Part shown: positions 14,158 to 28,830 of the stretch, one piece after another
Layout: each line of letters starts with the position of its first letter
How positions within the stretch are numbered: position 1 is the first letter of the stretch
NCBI GenBank assembly: GCA_964016885.1
Contig: OZ024740.1
Location: forward strand, 297,910,001 to 297,974,000
Source: Eledone cirrhosa
Lineage: Eukaryota
DNA: 64,000 bases
Direction: 5' to 3'
Notes under the pieces: generated by a model
What the model saw: the letters and a program-made list of their open reading frames with translations, nothing else
What the model was told of the DNA's origin: nothing
Database searches by the model: none
Made by a program: the position numbers and the translations under genes

Positions 14158-14228
14158 TATTTTATCTGATGAAAACGCAGATATCATCTCATGATGATAT
14201 TTGTTTTTGAAATGCGCATAATAAAATA
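14158..14228 (+). ncRNA. Type I hammerhead ribozyme (solo pLTR fragment ending at (TA)n)
   Basis: Reads tattttat-CTGATGA-aaac gcagatatcatc tcat gatgatatttg tttt t-GAAA-TGCGCA-TA-ataaaata. Confidence 0.9.
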
Positions 14229-14256
14229 CTGGGAACTCTTTTAACCCTCTTTTGAT

Positions 14257-14338
<82 letters not shown>

Positions 14339-14549
14339 AGAGTATTGAAGTTTGCTTGAAGCATTGTGGAATAATAAGATATATTTTATATATATATATA
14401 TGACGTTGTTAGTTGGCGTTGTGTTGAAAAGAGCAGCGCCCTTTGACCTTGCAATAAAAACTGGAGGCAAAATTCTTTCTGTACCAAAACTAAAGCACAC
14501 ACACAGAGAACTTTGTGTGTGTATATGTATATGTGTGTGCGTGCGCGTT

Positions 14550-14609
<60 letters not shown>

Positions 14610-15521
14610 TGTATATATATATATATACAAGGAATACATATAGTTCTTTCTCACTGTCACCAAGCTTCATTCGTTGCTACTAAATATTTTATTTTGCTAC
14701 GAGGTATTTTATTTTGCAAGGTACTATTTCCCCCCTAAGTTTGTGATTTCAGAGACAGGTAAGAAATTCTTCATATTTTGCATCTTTTGTATTTTGACTT
14801 TACAGTTTGAATTGTAGAATTGTCTATCCACTCAAAATATTACAACAGCTAACAGTGAAATATAGAATTTAAAAAAAAAAAGCTTTTTCGACTGAGATCA
14901 AATCTTTGAGAACATTCACGTCTATTTTTCAAAAATATATAATTTGAAATAGTTTGCTTTTGTTTTGGACTGAAACTTTTTTGCATTTAATTCGTACGCG
15001 TATTTTTTAAAGATTCTAACATAACTTGATTTGGCCCAGTAATCTACTGATATTAAAATCAGTAGTATATTGAAAAATGGAAAAATAGGGTGGGAGGGGC
15101 GTTTCGCCGAAATGGGTGAGAACCTTCGTTTTAGACTTAGCTTCGTTTAATTGATTATATTTAATTTCTACGGGCTAAGAGGAAAGACTGGATACATTTT
15201 ATCTGACTGTTCATCGCGGAGAATAGTCTATATCATTTGTCTATTATTTCTTCAAAGTTACATTTTAAACTTCTAGCTCCGTTTGTTGATTTATACGGAC
15301 TAGGGTGAAGAAAGATTGAGTATATTTTATCTAATAGTTCTTCAAACTTGCAATTTTATATATAGCTCTGATTAATAATTATTTGCTTAATTAAATTTTT
15401 CATTGAGCCACACCGTGAAAGGTAGCCACACTCATATATGTATCTGCAACTATGTCTAAATATATGTCTAAATATATATTTATATCCCTATGAATTTAAT
15501 ATATATATATATATATATTTA

Positions 15522-15630
15522 TCAAATCCCGCCGAGGTTAACTTTGCCTTTCATCCTTACAGGGTCGATAAAATAAAGTACCAGTAATGCACTGTGATAA
15601 TTGCTGGCCCCTTGTGCCAAAAGTAGAAAC
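15522..15630 (+). mobile_element. Meta-like SINE, 5'-truncated
   Basis: Core sequence tcaaatcccgccgaggttaactttgcctttcatcc...aaagtaccag. Confidence 0.75.
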
Positions 15631-15694
15631 AATTACTATTATTATAATTCGTCCAATGGCCATACTCGATAACGAGGGGCAGCCATCATGTATG

Positions 15695-15995
15695 TATGGT
15701 GCCGTAACTGATGACAGAGTCGTAGGGGCGTTTCTTGGGCACTTTAAACCTGGTGGAGCCCATCCCTCTAAGTACATCAGATTTCTTCCAGAGAAAGATA
15801 GAAAGTGAGGGAGAGGAAATAAGAAATAAGTATAGAGGAAGAATCCGCCCCAGTAGTAGACTGGAACTTTTTTATCGACCTCGAAAGGGTGAAAGGCTAA
15901 GTTGACCTCAGCGGGGTTTGAACTCAGAGAGCCGGAATGAATATCATAAAGCATTCTATCCGACATTCTAACGACTCTGCCAATTCGCCGTCTAG
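15695..15995 (-). mobile_element. Meta-like SINE, long-tail subfamily
   Basis: Inverted homolog of 41390-41750, with B-box GAGTTCAAACCC. Confidence 0.7.
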
Positions 15996-16087
15996 TGTGC
16001 GTGTATGTAAATATATATATATATATGTATATATATATATGTGTGTGTGTATATATATATATATATATGTGTATATATATATATATA

Positions 16088-16144
<57 letters not shown>

Positions 16145-16157
16145 ATATATATATATA

Positions 16158-16211
<54 letters not shown>

Positions 16212-16214
<3 letters not shown>

Positions 16215-17065
16215 AGAGATTACAATAATCAAAGTTCAGTTTAAATCATTTATTTGCTTACAATTGTTTCCTCCAAACCGAGGTTTGGATTCTTCGGAGC
16301 GACTATTTAGTGATCTATAACATACTTGACCTCCTTTTCAACACAAGAGACATATAAAACCTATGCACATATTGAACCACAGTGGGATGACATCCATCAA
16401 AATGATATAGCATGGCAATTTACATATAAAGGTTACAGGATAAAAATAAAAATAAAAATAAAAATAAAAATAAAAATGAAAATAAAAATGATGCGTTGGC
16501 AGTCTATGAATATAAAGCTTTATCTTCATAGACTGCCAACGCTTCATTTTTATTTTCATTTTTATTTTTATTTTTATTTTTATTTTTATTTTTATTTTTA
16601 TTTTTATTTTTATTTTTATTTTTATTTTTATTTTTATTTTTATTTTTATTTTTATTTTTATTTTTATTTTTATCCTGTAACCTTTATATGTAAATTGCCA
16701 TGCTATATCATTTTGATGGATGTCATCCCACTGTGGATCAATATGTGCATATGTTTTATATGTCTCTTGTGTTGAAAAGGAGGTCAAGTATGTTATAGAT
16801 CACCAAATAGTTGCTCCGAAGAATCCAAACCTCGGTTTGGAGGAAACAATTGTAAGCAAATAAATGATTTAAACTGAACTTTGATTATTGTAATCTCTAT
16901 ATAACTGTTCTGTAAAACAACCGATGTTATTACATTGAGCTATTTATCTTACTGGTAATAAGATAGTAATTAATGACTATCTTTCACTATTTAAGGTTTG
17001 TATAAAAAAATATATTACCATAAAAGGTTTTATTACATACATAACCATAAATAGTATTCTTAATA

Positions 17066-17066
<1 letters not shown>
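16212..17066 (+). mobile_element. Near-perfect ~690-bp palindrome (16212-16901) with an HHR in both arms and a tail, in (TA)n
   Basis: The centre is ataaagctttat at ~16513-16524. The arms differ mainly in (TAAAAA)n length. The tail has TTGAGCT at 16935. Confidence 0.9.
16811..16859 (+). ncRNA. Type I hammerhead, U4C core variant (mirror copy at 16254-16302, minus strand)
   Basis: Reads ttgct-CCGAAGA-a tccaaac ctcg gtttgga g-GAAA-CAATTG-TA-agcaa. Confidence 0.8.
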
Positions 17067-18074
<1,008 letters not shown>

Positions 18075-20584
18075 CGCCTGTGTTATTACCTTTATGATTT
18101 TTTGTCTTTAATTTTCCGGTGTTTACTCCCCCCTCCCTACGTTTTTCTGTTTCTTTTTCCCTTCCCCGTCTCTGCCTATCCTTCGCACTCACCCCTTCGT
18201 TCACTCCACCCCGCTTCACACCCCCGCCCTCTCATCCCTCCCCCTGCTTTCTCCCCACGCCCATCATGGCCAACCTGAGATCCTTTCTCCACCAACTCCA
18301 CAATCGCCTCAAACTTTTCCTCACCCCCCTCCTTCCACCTTGCTATCTCCCCTCCGCCCTTCAACTCTCCTACCTTCTCTTCGCCAAAACCCGGCACTCC
18401 AGCCACATCCATTTCCTCAGCCACTGCCTCCGCCTCCACCTTATCCCCCTCAGCTTCCGACTACACTTCCACCCCTGCCCCGCTGCTTCCCCCTCCACGC
18501 AACGTATCCTCACCCGATCCTCACGCCTTCTGATGCGCAACTCCATCCGCGCTTCCCGTTCCACCCTCCGCCTACTTGACCACCAACTGACCCCCACCCT
18601 CCTCCGCCTTTCTCGACTCCCTCCTCGCCCCCCTTGTCACCACCCTCCCCTCCCACATCTCCGACACCAACCACGCCCTGCGCCTTTTCGACTCCTTCAC
18701 CTACCTACCCGGCCCTCAGCCATTCCTCTTCACCCTAGACATCAAGTCCCTCTATACCGTCATCCCCCACGCCGACGGCCTTCGCGCCCTCAAACACTAC
18801 CTCGACCTTCGCCCCTCCTCCATTCCCTCCACCCCCACCCTCCTTCGCCTCGCCGAGCTGGTCCTCACCCTAAATTGTTTCTCCTTCTCGGGTGAGTTTT
18901 ACCAACAGGTCACGGGGGTAGCCATGGGCACAAGAATGGGCCCGAACTATGCCAACCTTTTTGCTGACCATGTTGAGGCCCAAATCTTTGCCCAGTACAC
19001 CGGCCCCACGCCCGAACTGTACGGTCGTTACATTGACGACTGTATCGGAGCCACGACCCTCACCCGAGTACAGCTCGACTCCTTTCTCTCCTTCTTCTGC
19101 TCCTTCCACCCCTCCCTCCACTTCACCACCTCTATCTCCACCACCCACGTCCACTTCTTGGACATCTCCGTCGCCTTCGACCCCTCCCACCACTCCCTCA
19201 TCACCTCTGCCTTCTTCAAACCCACCGACTCCCACTCTTACCTCGACTTCACTTCTTCCCACCCCACCCACACTAAACTCTCCATTCCCTACTCCCAACT
19301 TCTCAGGATCCGCCGCCTCTGTAGCCGAGATGCTGACTTCGAGTCCCAGGCCCTTTCCCTAGTCAGCCATTTCATCCGCAGAGGTTACCCCCCCTCTCTC
19401 GTCTACACCGCTCTCACGCGCGCCCGTGCTATCCCCCGCTCCACCACCCTCACCCCACGCCACCGCACACCCACCCACCGTCTCCCCTTCCCCATCACCT
19501 ACCACCCCTCCACCTTACCCCTCCACCGCACCATTCGCCGCCTCTTCCGACGCCTCCAGTCCGACCCCTCCACCTCCCACATCTTCCCAACCCCACCACT
19601 CCCCTCCTTCAAACGCGCACGCAATCTCCGCACCCTCCTCGTCCACAGCTCCCTACCCCCCAACCCACGCTCCCCCCCCCCGGTTCCTTCCCCTGTTCTA
19701 GGCCCCGCTGCAACACCTGTCCCCACATCACCAACACCACCACCTTCCAGGGTCCCAAAGGCCACTCTCTCTCGGTCCGGCATGCCTTCCGCTGCACCTC
19801 CTCCAACCTAGTCTACGGACTTCGTTGCACGGAGTGCAGCGCGACTTATGTCGGACAGACGGGACGTCGCCTGGCGGACCGAGTCACGGAGCACCTCCGG
19901 GATATTCGTCTCGGGGGGCAGTTCCCCCATCGCCCGCCACTTTGGTGGCCCTGGACACTCCGCACGCCATCTCACAGTCTGTGGCCTACTCCAGTGCCAC
20001 GGAACACCCGCCCATCGCCTTACGGTCGAATAACGCACTATCTTCATCTTACAGACCCACACTCCCCCCGGCCTGAACTCCCCACCCTTATTCCTTTAGC
20101 GTTCGACCGCCCCCCTCCCCCACACTTATCCCCCACTAACACCACTAACACACCCCTCCTTTTCACCGCCCACCCCACACTAACAGTACTAACACCTCCA
20201 CTCCACCCCTCATCTGACCACCCTTCCCCAACTAACATACTAACATCCCTTCCCTCCCCTCTTCTCCTCCTCCCCCTCCTTATCACACGCACACGCGTAC
20301 CCACTTACACCACCCACCCCACACGCAACTAACATTACTAACACCCTCCAACCCCACGCACACGTACCCACACACCCTCGTACACCACCAACTCTACACA
20401 CCCTACCCCCACTAACCCCCACTCACACCTGCATTCCACCCCTCCCCATCTCCCGTATACTAACACCCACTAACACCTCTTCACCAAACTACACACACAC
20501 CAGTACACCACACTCCCTCCATAGAACCACACACGCCCTTCTCTCCCCGCTCCACACTCACTCATCCCACTAACACCCCTACTA

Positions 20585-20621
<37 letters not shown>

Positions 20622-21503
20622 CCTCACTCCAACTCTCACACCTACCCATCCTCGCCTCCCTACCATTCCGCCGACTGCTGCTATGCCCTTCCCACCACCT
20701 CTCAGCACCAACTGACCACAGCACTCCCACTGCTGACCACTTCCTGTTGCGCGCGCACCCCACATCTCTCCTCTTCCGACCACCGCTTCTTGGATTACCC
20801 ACACGCGAATTTGACTTCTAACCAAAATCTCCAAACATCGGCGGAACTTACCAACTTTTCAACCATCCTCTTACACCATCACCTATATAACTCACCCACA
20901 CACACACCCCAACAAAAATTTTTTTTTATCCACACGCCACCCACACCCACAACACGCTTAAACCACACACACGTGCTTCCCACCACATATTTACACCCTC
21001 AGCCTCCTGATTCCTCTCCCCCACCCCCTATCCACACACGCACAGACACTCCGACCCACAAAAACACCCCCCTACACACACCTTCCTGAACATTCAACCC
21101 CGTTCTTCCCCAATCCTCACTTTCACATACACACACACACACACACACGCGCACACCTAACCACACACACCACCTTCAGCCCTCCCCGCTCGGACACCCC
21201 GTCTCCCTCTCCCCACTCCACCCGCCACCACCCCTACTCACCCCACACCCTTCCACCACCTGTTTACCCCCCTTTAATTTCAGTTTATTTTGATCATGCC
21301 TTTATTTTTAAATTTTCTCTTTCCTTGTATTTTGATCATGCTTTATTTTTATTTATTATATTTTTTGTCTTTATTTGTTAATTTTTCATTCGCACCGTTT
21401 CCTTTCGCTATATGTCCCCCACTTACCCCCCACTCTCCTGAGCGTGAATTTAATAAACATTTATCGTACTGCCTCTCTGTTCTGTTCCTGTTCAATTTTT
21501 CAT

Positions 21504-21505
<2 letters not shown>
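18075..21505 (+). mobile_element. C-rich Penelope-like element, internally deleted (N-terminus, RT, GIY-YIG, long 3' UTR)
   Basis: ATG at 18266. Motifs FTLDIKSLYT, GVAMGTRMGPNYANLF, RYIDD, FLDI, KPTDSHSYL, SIPYSQ and YVGQTGRRLADR, with frameshifts and stops. Confidence 0.9.
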
Positions 21506-21595
<90 letters not shown>

Positions 21596-21619
21596 ACACG
21601 GGTGTGTATGATTGTGTAT

Positions 21620-24232
21620 AGAAGATTATATTAATAAGAGGAATTCCAACTTTGTCTGATTTACTCGTTTTATTTACAATCCTTTAAAATGTTATAATGG
21701 TATTATAATGAAATAGTATGATAGAATATTAAATGTTAAATGTTAATTGAACAAGTACTTTCATGATTTCGCAATCTTCAGGTTCATAATGTGTGGTGAC
21801 AGTCAAGTTTGCAATTTTCAACTGTAATGAGATGGGTAAATTTTGTACCTTATATACAGTGAAAAGTGGCTACAGAATGCTAAATCTTGGTTTAGGCGTC
21901 ACGGTTGGTTGAGCATGTCTAACGACCACTAATTGATCCTATCCAAAGCATCAATTGTTTTGCTATTTTTAGAAATGCTGAAAATAGCATTTTCTCGTAA
22001 TCATCACCATGAACATCACTTTTATTATTATTATTATTGTTGCTGTTGTTGTTAGTGGTCGTAGTCGACATGGTCGTAGTCATAGTCATAGTAGAAGTAA
22101 TACCCCTAAGCATTATTATTGTTCATTTAGCTAGGGTTTGAATTTATCAATCAAATTCTTTTCTTTGATTTTTCTCTTGATTTCACTTGGGCTGTGTAAT
22201 TTGTAGAATGGGAATATTATAAATATTCCCTGATCACATGTTGCTAGATGGTTACTTAGGGGTATCTGACGGACATTTGGGTCTCTGATTTGCTGACGGT
22301 GCACCCGTGCACGTTCCGATAGTGCATTTCCAGTTTGGCCGACATATAGTTCTTCAGAATTCGGGCATTTAATGCAGTAAATTAGATTTCTGCTTTTGCA
22401 GTTCATATTTGCATTTGGGAATATTTTTCCAGTTTTTGTTTTCATATATTGACCGGCGTGTATGGATTGACATGTGCCGCATCGACTATCATTGTATTTA
22501 GATACAGTGAATGATTGGTCTTTGTTGTTAAGGTCAAACTTTGCTTTTGTTAGTAATTGCTTCAAAATTTTCGGCTGTCCTTTACTAAGAGTCAAAGATC
22601 GATCTGTGATTAAGCCTTTTAATTCATTACTTTGAGCAATGATCGGTAGGTTTGCTTTGGCAGTGTTGAAGATATTCTGGTGACATGGGTTGTGTGTCAT
22701 TATAAATGGTATGACCAGTTCTTGGTTTCTTCTTCCTTGGGTTGTCCTAAGTTGTTGTATAGGTATTTTTATATCCCGCTGTATGCCATTTTCTATAAGT
22801 AGAGATGGGTATTTTTGTTTGAGCAAAAATTCTCTTAGTTCTGTTAGGCGTTTGCACCTGGTATTCGTATCTTCTACAATGGTACAAATTCTTCTGGCTA
22901 GGCAGTTTGGGATGTTGCGTTTTGTATGAGGTGGATGGCACGACTTAAAATTCAGATATTGATGGGTGTCTGTGTGTTTATAATATATATCCGTGGTAAT
23001 GGTGGTGTCGTTTTTGATTATCATTATATCTAGGAATGGTAATTTGGTCCTACTCATCTCTTTTGTGAATTGGAGAGATGGGTGTAGGTTATTCAGGAGG
23101 ATATTGAACTCATCAAGAGTATCTAGAGATTCTGTCCAGATGATGAAACAGTCGTCAAGGTATCTCTTCCAAGATTTTTCAATGTACTTTCTAAAGTCAG
23201 TACTATATTTTTCCTCTATTTCTTGGTAGAGTTGTTGTTCTAAGTATCCCATTACAGAGTTCGCGTAAACGGGAGCAAACTTCGTTCCCATCGCTGTGCC
23301 TCTAATTTGGATGTAATTCTTTCCATTGAAGAAGAAAGTGTTGTTTTCCAGAATAAGTTTAACTGCGTCTAATATAAATGGCGCTGTGAATCTGATGGGA
23401 ATCACTTCTCTGTTTTTCCACCCAGTATTTAACCGCCTTTATTCCTAAATCATGTGTAATGTTGGTGTAAAGGCTTACCACATCAAAACTAAGTAGAAGT
23501 GAATTCGTTTCCGTGGTTTGGGGAAGATGGGACAGGAAGTCGATATCATCCCGGATGAAACTGGGTATGTGAATACATAGTGGTTTCAAAATAATGTCAA
23601 CAAAATTGCTTAGACGGTGGGTGGGGCATGTTGGACCAGCTATAATAGGTCTAAGTTTTAAGTCTTTTGGGTGTAGTAATTTAATGTAGTCACTGTTTTG
23701 TTCTCTTACTGCCAGTTGTATTTCTTTTGACTTATGAACTTTCGGTAGGCCATACAGGTTGCTGGGTTTCGGCTCAAAATTGGTGATGTAGTCTCTTTCC
23801 TTATCAGTAAGTGAGTTGTGGTATTTTGAAGCCAGGTTGTTGATCTTCTTCATGATGTTGTGGTCTATATTTGACGGTATTTCATGATAGAATGTTGTGT
23901 CTTTCAGTTGTTCCTCAACCAAATCCTTGTAGTATTCAACATCCATTATAACAACTGCACCCCCTTTATCTGCTTGTTTAATTATTATTGTTTTATCATT
24001 TTGTATACGTTTAAGTGCAGACATTTCTGATTTGTTAATGTTTGGCCTAACATTAGTATTACGTCTAAGAGAAAATTTAGACAGGATGTCAATGTATTGG
24101 TCGAGATAGATATTTCTTCCTTTTGGCGGAGTGAAATTTGATTTATTCTTTACTAGTGATTCATCACTCTCATTACTTTTATCAGCGAAGAATTCTACAA
24201 GACGTAATTTTCGACAAAATTCCAACAAACCC
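21620..24232 (-). mobile_element. Penelope-like element (RT + GIY-YIG) with one frameshift and a 3' HHR
   Basis: Motifs IKQADKGGAVVIMD, YGLPKVHK, LRPII, FDVVSLYTNI, GTAMGT, RYLDD and NLIYCIKC..YVGQTG. Confidence 0.92.
21748..21786 (-). ncRNA. Minimal type I hammerhead in the Penelope 3' pLTR
   Basis: Reads tgaac-CTGAAGA-ttgcgaaatcat-GAAA-GTAC-TT-gttca. Stem II is weak. Confidence 0.7.
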
Positions 24233-24282
24233 TCACAATGAACCCTACAGTAACAAAATGCGGAAGGCCCAACTGTGGCATA

Positions 24283-25313
24283 TGCATAAATCTAATAGAG
24301 GTTCAACATTCCATTTTAAACAAGGACAACGTTTCACAGTTAAACACAACTTTACATGTGCATCTGAAAACCTTATCTATGTTTTGACATGCTCAGGTTG
24401 TCAGGAGCACTACATAGGACAGACAAAAAACAGCCTCCGTCAACGTATGACCGTCCATAAATCACAAATTAAAATAAAGGAATACAGAAAGATTTCATTT
24501 AGTGAACATATCGCCAATTGTGCTCTCAACCAACATCCAAACTTAAAAATTTTCCCCATTTACAAATTCATAGACAACACTACTTTCATCCAACGTACCA
24601 ATAAGGAAACACATTTTATTAATAAATTTCAACCACTACTCAATGCTCTAAAAATCGGACCAATCTAAAACTCCAACAAACCATCACACATTTACAAGAG
24701 TTACCTCCCTCACACCCTACCTAATCCTTTTTCTTAAATAAATTAAATATCACCCAGCAAGAATTGCTTCCCCCTGCATATTAACTCTATAAAAAGGGAA
24801 ATCATATCAAACCACAGTCCACCATTTGCCTCCTTCACGGAACCATGGTTCAACTAAGCACTCTTGCGATATTAACACATTTTGAACTGCTTAACTTCAA
24901 TGACGGTGCTTGTAAATAACATTATTTTTTCTTCCACATTGACTTTTTACGTTCCACATTATGCACGGTTTTTTTTACCCTTTTTCTTTTTTCTTTTCAC
25001 TTCTTAAACCTTGTTTGTATATAACATTATTCTTTCTGCACCTTCTGTTTAACATGTGCGACTCCACACTAATACATTTCACTATCATTTGATAATGCAT
25101 ATAAATGCTGAAACCGGTAATAGACAGTAATTAGATATATAACTAGATAAATAAATGCCATTGTTGAATAATAAATAAATCGACTAATGCCTTAACACTT
25201 CACACAAAGTAAAACATTTCGTTTTAATCATTTTCTGGCCCAGAAAAAAGAGAGAGAGAAACAAAAAAGGAAAAAAATATATTTTTCTTCCTCATAATCG
25301 TCTCTTTCTCCGT

Positions 25314-25315
<2 letters not shown>
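24283..25315 (+). mobile_element. 3' end of a different Penelope family (GIY-YIG + 3' UTR/pLTR with degenerate HHR at 25082-25123)
   Basis: Motif FTCASENLIYVLTCSGCQEHYIGQTKNSLRQRM. The HHR-like sequence reads TTGATAA-tgcat ataa atgc t-GAAA-CCGG-TA. Confidence 0.85.
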
Positions 25316-25370
<55 letters not shown>

Positions 25371-25586
25371 ATCGATTTCCACGTGCTATTGAATAGCTGT
25401 TGATCGCGAATAGATGGCTGTCGTTTATTTATCTATTATTTCTTCATAGGTGCCTTTTAATCTTATAGCCTGGTTTAATTGGTTTTTTGTGTGGTTGATT
25501 ATGCTGATTGGGAGAGGAGATGGTGTATATATCCTATCAAATGATTCTACGATGGTGTATATATCCTATCAAATGATACTTTATTG

Positions 25587-25620
<34 letters not shown>

Positions 25621-25625
<5 letters not shown>

Positions 25626-27850
25626 CAAATTTATACGGGAACAAAACAGAGAGGCAGATAAATAAAGGTTTATTAGGTTCACGCTTTTGAGAGTGTGGGA
25701 GGGGGCGTTCGGGCATAAGCCCTTCTTCAGGAGTAAATAGGTTAGGAAGAGAGTTCAGAGGGTGTGTGGAAATACATTTAGAAAAAAGGGGGAAGGAGAA
25801 CAAATAAAAATAAACGTAAAAATAAACATAAGAATAAACAATAAGATGGATAAGTGGTGGAAGGGTGTGAGGAGTGTAAGGGCGGTGGCGGGTGGAGTTG
25901 GGAGAGGGAGGCGGGGGTCAAAGCGAGGAAGGGTGAAGGTGGTGTTTGTGTATGTGTGTAGGTGTACGTGAGTGTGTGTGCGTGTGTATGTGAGAGTTTG
26001 AGGAAGAACGAGGTTCCATGTTCAGGAAAAGGTGTGTGCGTCGTGGGGTGGGGTGTAAGTCGGTGTGTGCGTACGTGTGGAAGGAGAGGGGTCAGGGGTG
26101 GGGGGAGGTGGCGTATGGATTCCGGAGGTTGTGTATATGTGGGGGTACGCACGTGTGTGTTTGTGTTTATATGTGGTCTGGATGTGGGTGGCGTGGTGCG
26201 AAAAAAAATGTGTGAGTGTATGTTCGTGGGTAAGGTCCTGAGGTACTTCCGTCAGATGTGTGGAGAGTTGCAGGATATTTTTCAAGATATGGAGTGGACA
26301 GTTGGAGAGATGCTCGAAGGTGTAGAATCCAATGTTGGTGGTGGTAGGAAATGGAGGATAGTGGGGTGCGCGCGCAACAGGAAGTGGTCAGAGGGTCAAG
26401 ACAGGGTGTAGAGATAGCAGTAGAGTGGGATGACAGGTGGAGTGAGGTGAGGACTGTGTGTGGAGTGGGTGGTGTACATAGGTGTGGGTGTGTGTGTGTG
26501 ATGGTGTGTGTTCGTGTGCGTGGGGTCGGGGGGAGGTTAGTGATGTTGGTTGTGGGGTGGTCGGAGTGGATATGTGGGTGAGGGTTAGTGGTGGTAGTAG
26601 GGTGTGTGGATAGTGTGAGTGCGTGTATATATGTACAGGTGGGTGTGTGCGTGTTAGTATAGTTAGTTCGGGGAGGGCCGAGGGGTGTGTTAGTGTGTTA
26701 GTTATGGGAGGGGCCAGGGGGGGTAGAGGTGTTAGTGGGGAAAGGGTGGAGGGATGGGTGGGTGGTCGAAGGCTAAAGGAATAGGGGTGGGGAGTTCAGG
26801 TCGGGGGGGGGTATGGAGGGTGAAGACGGTGCGTTGTTCGACCGTGAGGCTGGTGGCGGGTGTTCCATGGCATTGGAGAAGGCCGTAGACTGTAAGGTGG
26901 TGGGCGGAATGTCCATGGGAGCGAAAGTGGCGGGCGATCGGAGAACTCCCGCCGAGGCGAATATCCAGGAGGTGTTCCGTGAAACGGTCCGCCAGGCAAC
27001 GCCCAGTCTGTCCGACGTAGGTTGCAGGAGGTCCACAGACTAGGTTGGAGGAGGTGCAGCAGAAGGCGTGCCGGACAGAGAGAGAGTGGCCGTTGGGACC
27101 ATGGAAGGTGGTAGTGTTGGTGATGTGGGGGCAGGTGTGGCAACGGGGCCTGGAGCAGGGAAGTGAACCGGAGGTGGATTGGGGTGTAGGGAGCTGTGGA
27201 CGAGGAGGGTGCGGAGATTGCATGCGCGTTTGAAGAAGGGGAGGGGAGGGGAAGATGGGGGAAGTGGAGAGGTCGGACCGGAGGCGTCGGAAGAGGCGGA
27301 GGATGGTGCGGTGGAGGGGTATGGTGGAGGGTAGGGCCGAGGTGTAGGGGTGGTAGGTGATGGGGAAGGGGAGACGGTGGGTGTGCGGTGGCGTGGGGTG
27401 AGGGCGGTGGATCGGTGGACAGCACGGGCGCGAGTGAGGGCGGTGTGGACGAGGGAGGGTGGGTAACCTCGCCGGATGAAATGGCTGACTAGGGAAAGGG
27501 CTTGGGACTCAAATCAGCATCTCGGCTGCAGAGGCGGCGGATCCGGAGGAATTGGGAGTAGGGAATAGAGTGTTTAGTGTGTGTAGGGTGGGAGGAGGTG
27601 AAGTCGAGGTAGGAGTGGGAGTCGGTGGGTTTGAAGAAGGCGGAGGTGACGAGGGAGCGGTGGGAGGGGTCGATGGTGATGGAGATGTCTAAGAAGTGGA
27701 CGTGGGTGGTGGAGATAGAGGCGGTGAAGTGGAGGGAGGAGTGGAAGGAGCAGAAGAAGGAGAGAAAGGAGTCGAGCTGTTCTCGGGTGAGGGTCGTGGC
27801 TCCGATACAGTCGTCGATGTATCGACCGTATAGTTCGGGCGTGGGGCCGA
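25621..27850 (-). mobile_element. Second, 5'-truncated, decayed copy of the C-rich Penelope family
   Basis: Inverted homolog of ~19000-21500. It retains a partial HHR, CTGAAGA-agggc ttat gccc-GAA, at ~25707-25730. Confidence 0.88.
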
Positions 27851-27891
27851 ACTATACATGGGGCCGAACTATACGTGGGGCCGAACTATAC

Positions 27892-28520
27892 TGTGTTGTT
27901 GCGAATGTGATACATATGAAGTAAAAATTAGAAAGAGAAGCCGGGACTATCCATCATCAGTGATCTACTAGCCATCATATGTATTTCTTCGCATTAAAGA
28001 TCAGATACCTCAGGCTAGCGCGAACAATAACTAAAATAAGTTATTGGGATAAAAAGAATTGGGTGGAGAAAGAGAGACAGGTAAACAAACACGAATGGTT
28101 AGGCAACGTAAAGAGAGGAAAAAATGAGAAAATCAAGTCAATGATTCATTTGAACATAAGAACTTGCGAACATTGACAAGAAGACGAAAGACCATCCGTA
28201 CCATGCGAAAAGTGAGCGAGAAAAGAATTTCGTACGGTGCCGGACGTTGGAGGAAGTGAGAGAGGGTGAGTAGCAGAGAGTGAGTGAGTGAACGTGTGAG
28301 GAAGAGGCTAGCCGAGAGAGGGTGGCTAGCAGAGGGGGAGAATAAGAGGGAGAAGGAGAGAGAAGGAGGACAGAGAAAGAGGATAGCAGTAAGGGAAGAG
28401 AAAAGGACAGGTCACAGCGAAGGGGAAAGCATATAGGAATGAAAAATGGCGTGATGTGTTGTTGCGAATGTGATACATATGAAGTAAAAATAAGAAAGAG
28501 AAGCCGGGACTGTCCATCAT
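27892..28520 (-). mobile_element. Non-coding CU-rich element with ~66-bp terminal direct repeats (period 563 bp)
   Basis: 27892-27957 matches 28455-28520. It is a diverged relative of 29305-30006. Confidence 0.75.
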
Positions 28521-28522
28521 AC

Positions 28523-28820
<298 letters not shown>

Positions 28821-28830
28821 TATATATATA

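Noticed and set aside
16326-16787. Near-identical 149-aa ORFs on both strands
   Set aside because: This is a by-product of the palindrome and the (TAAAAA)n repeat.
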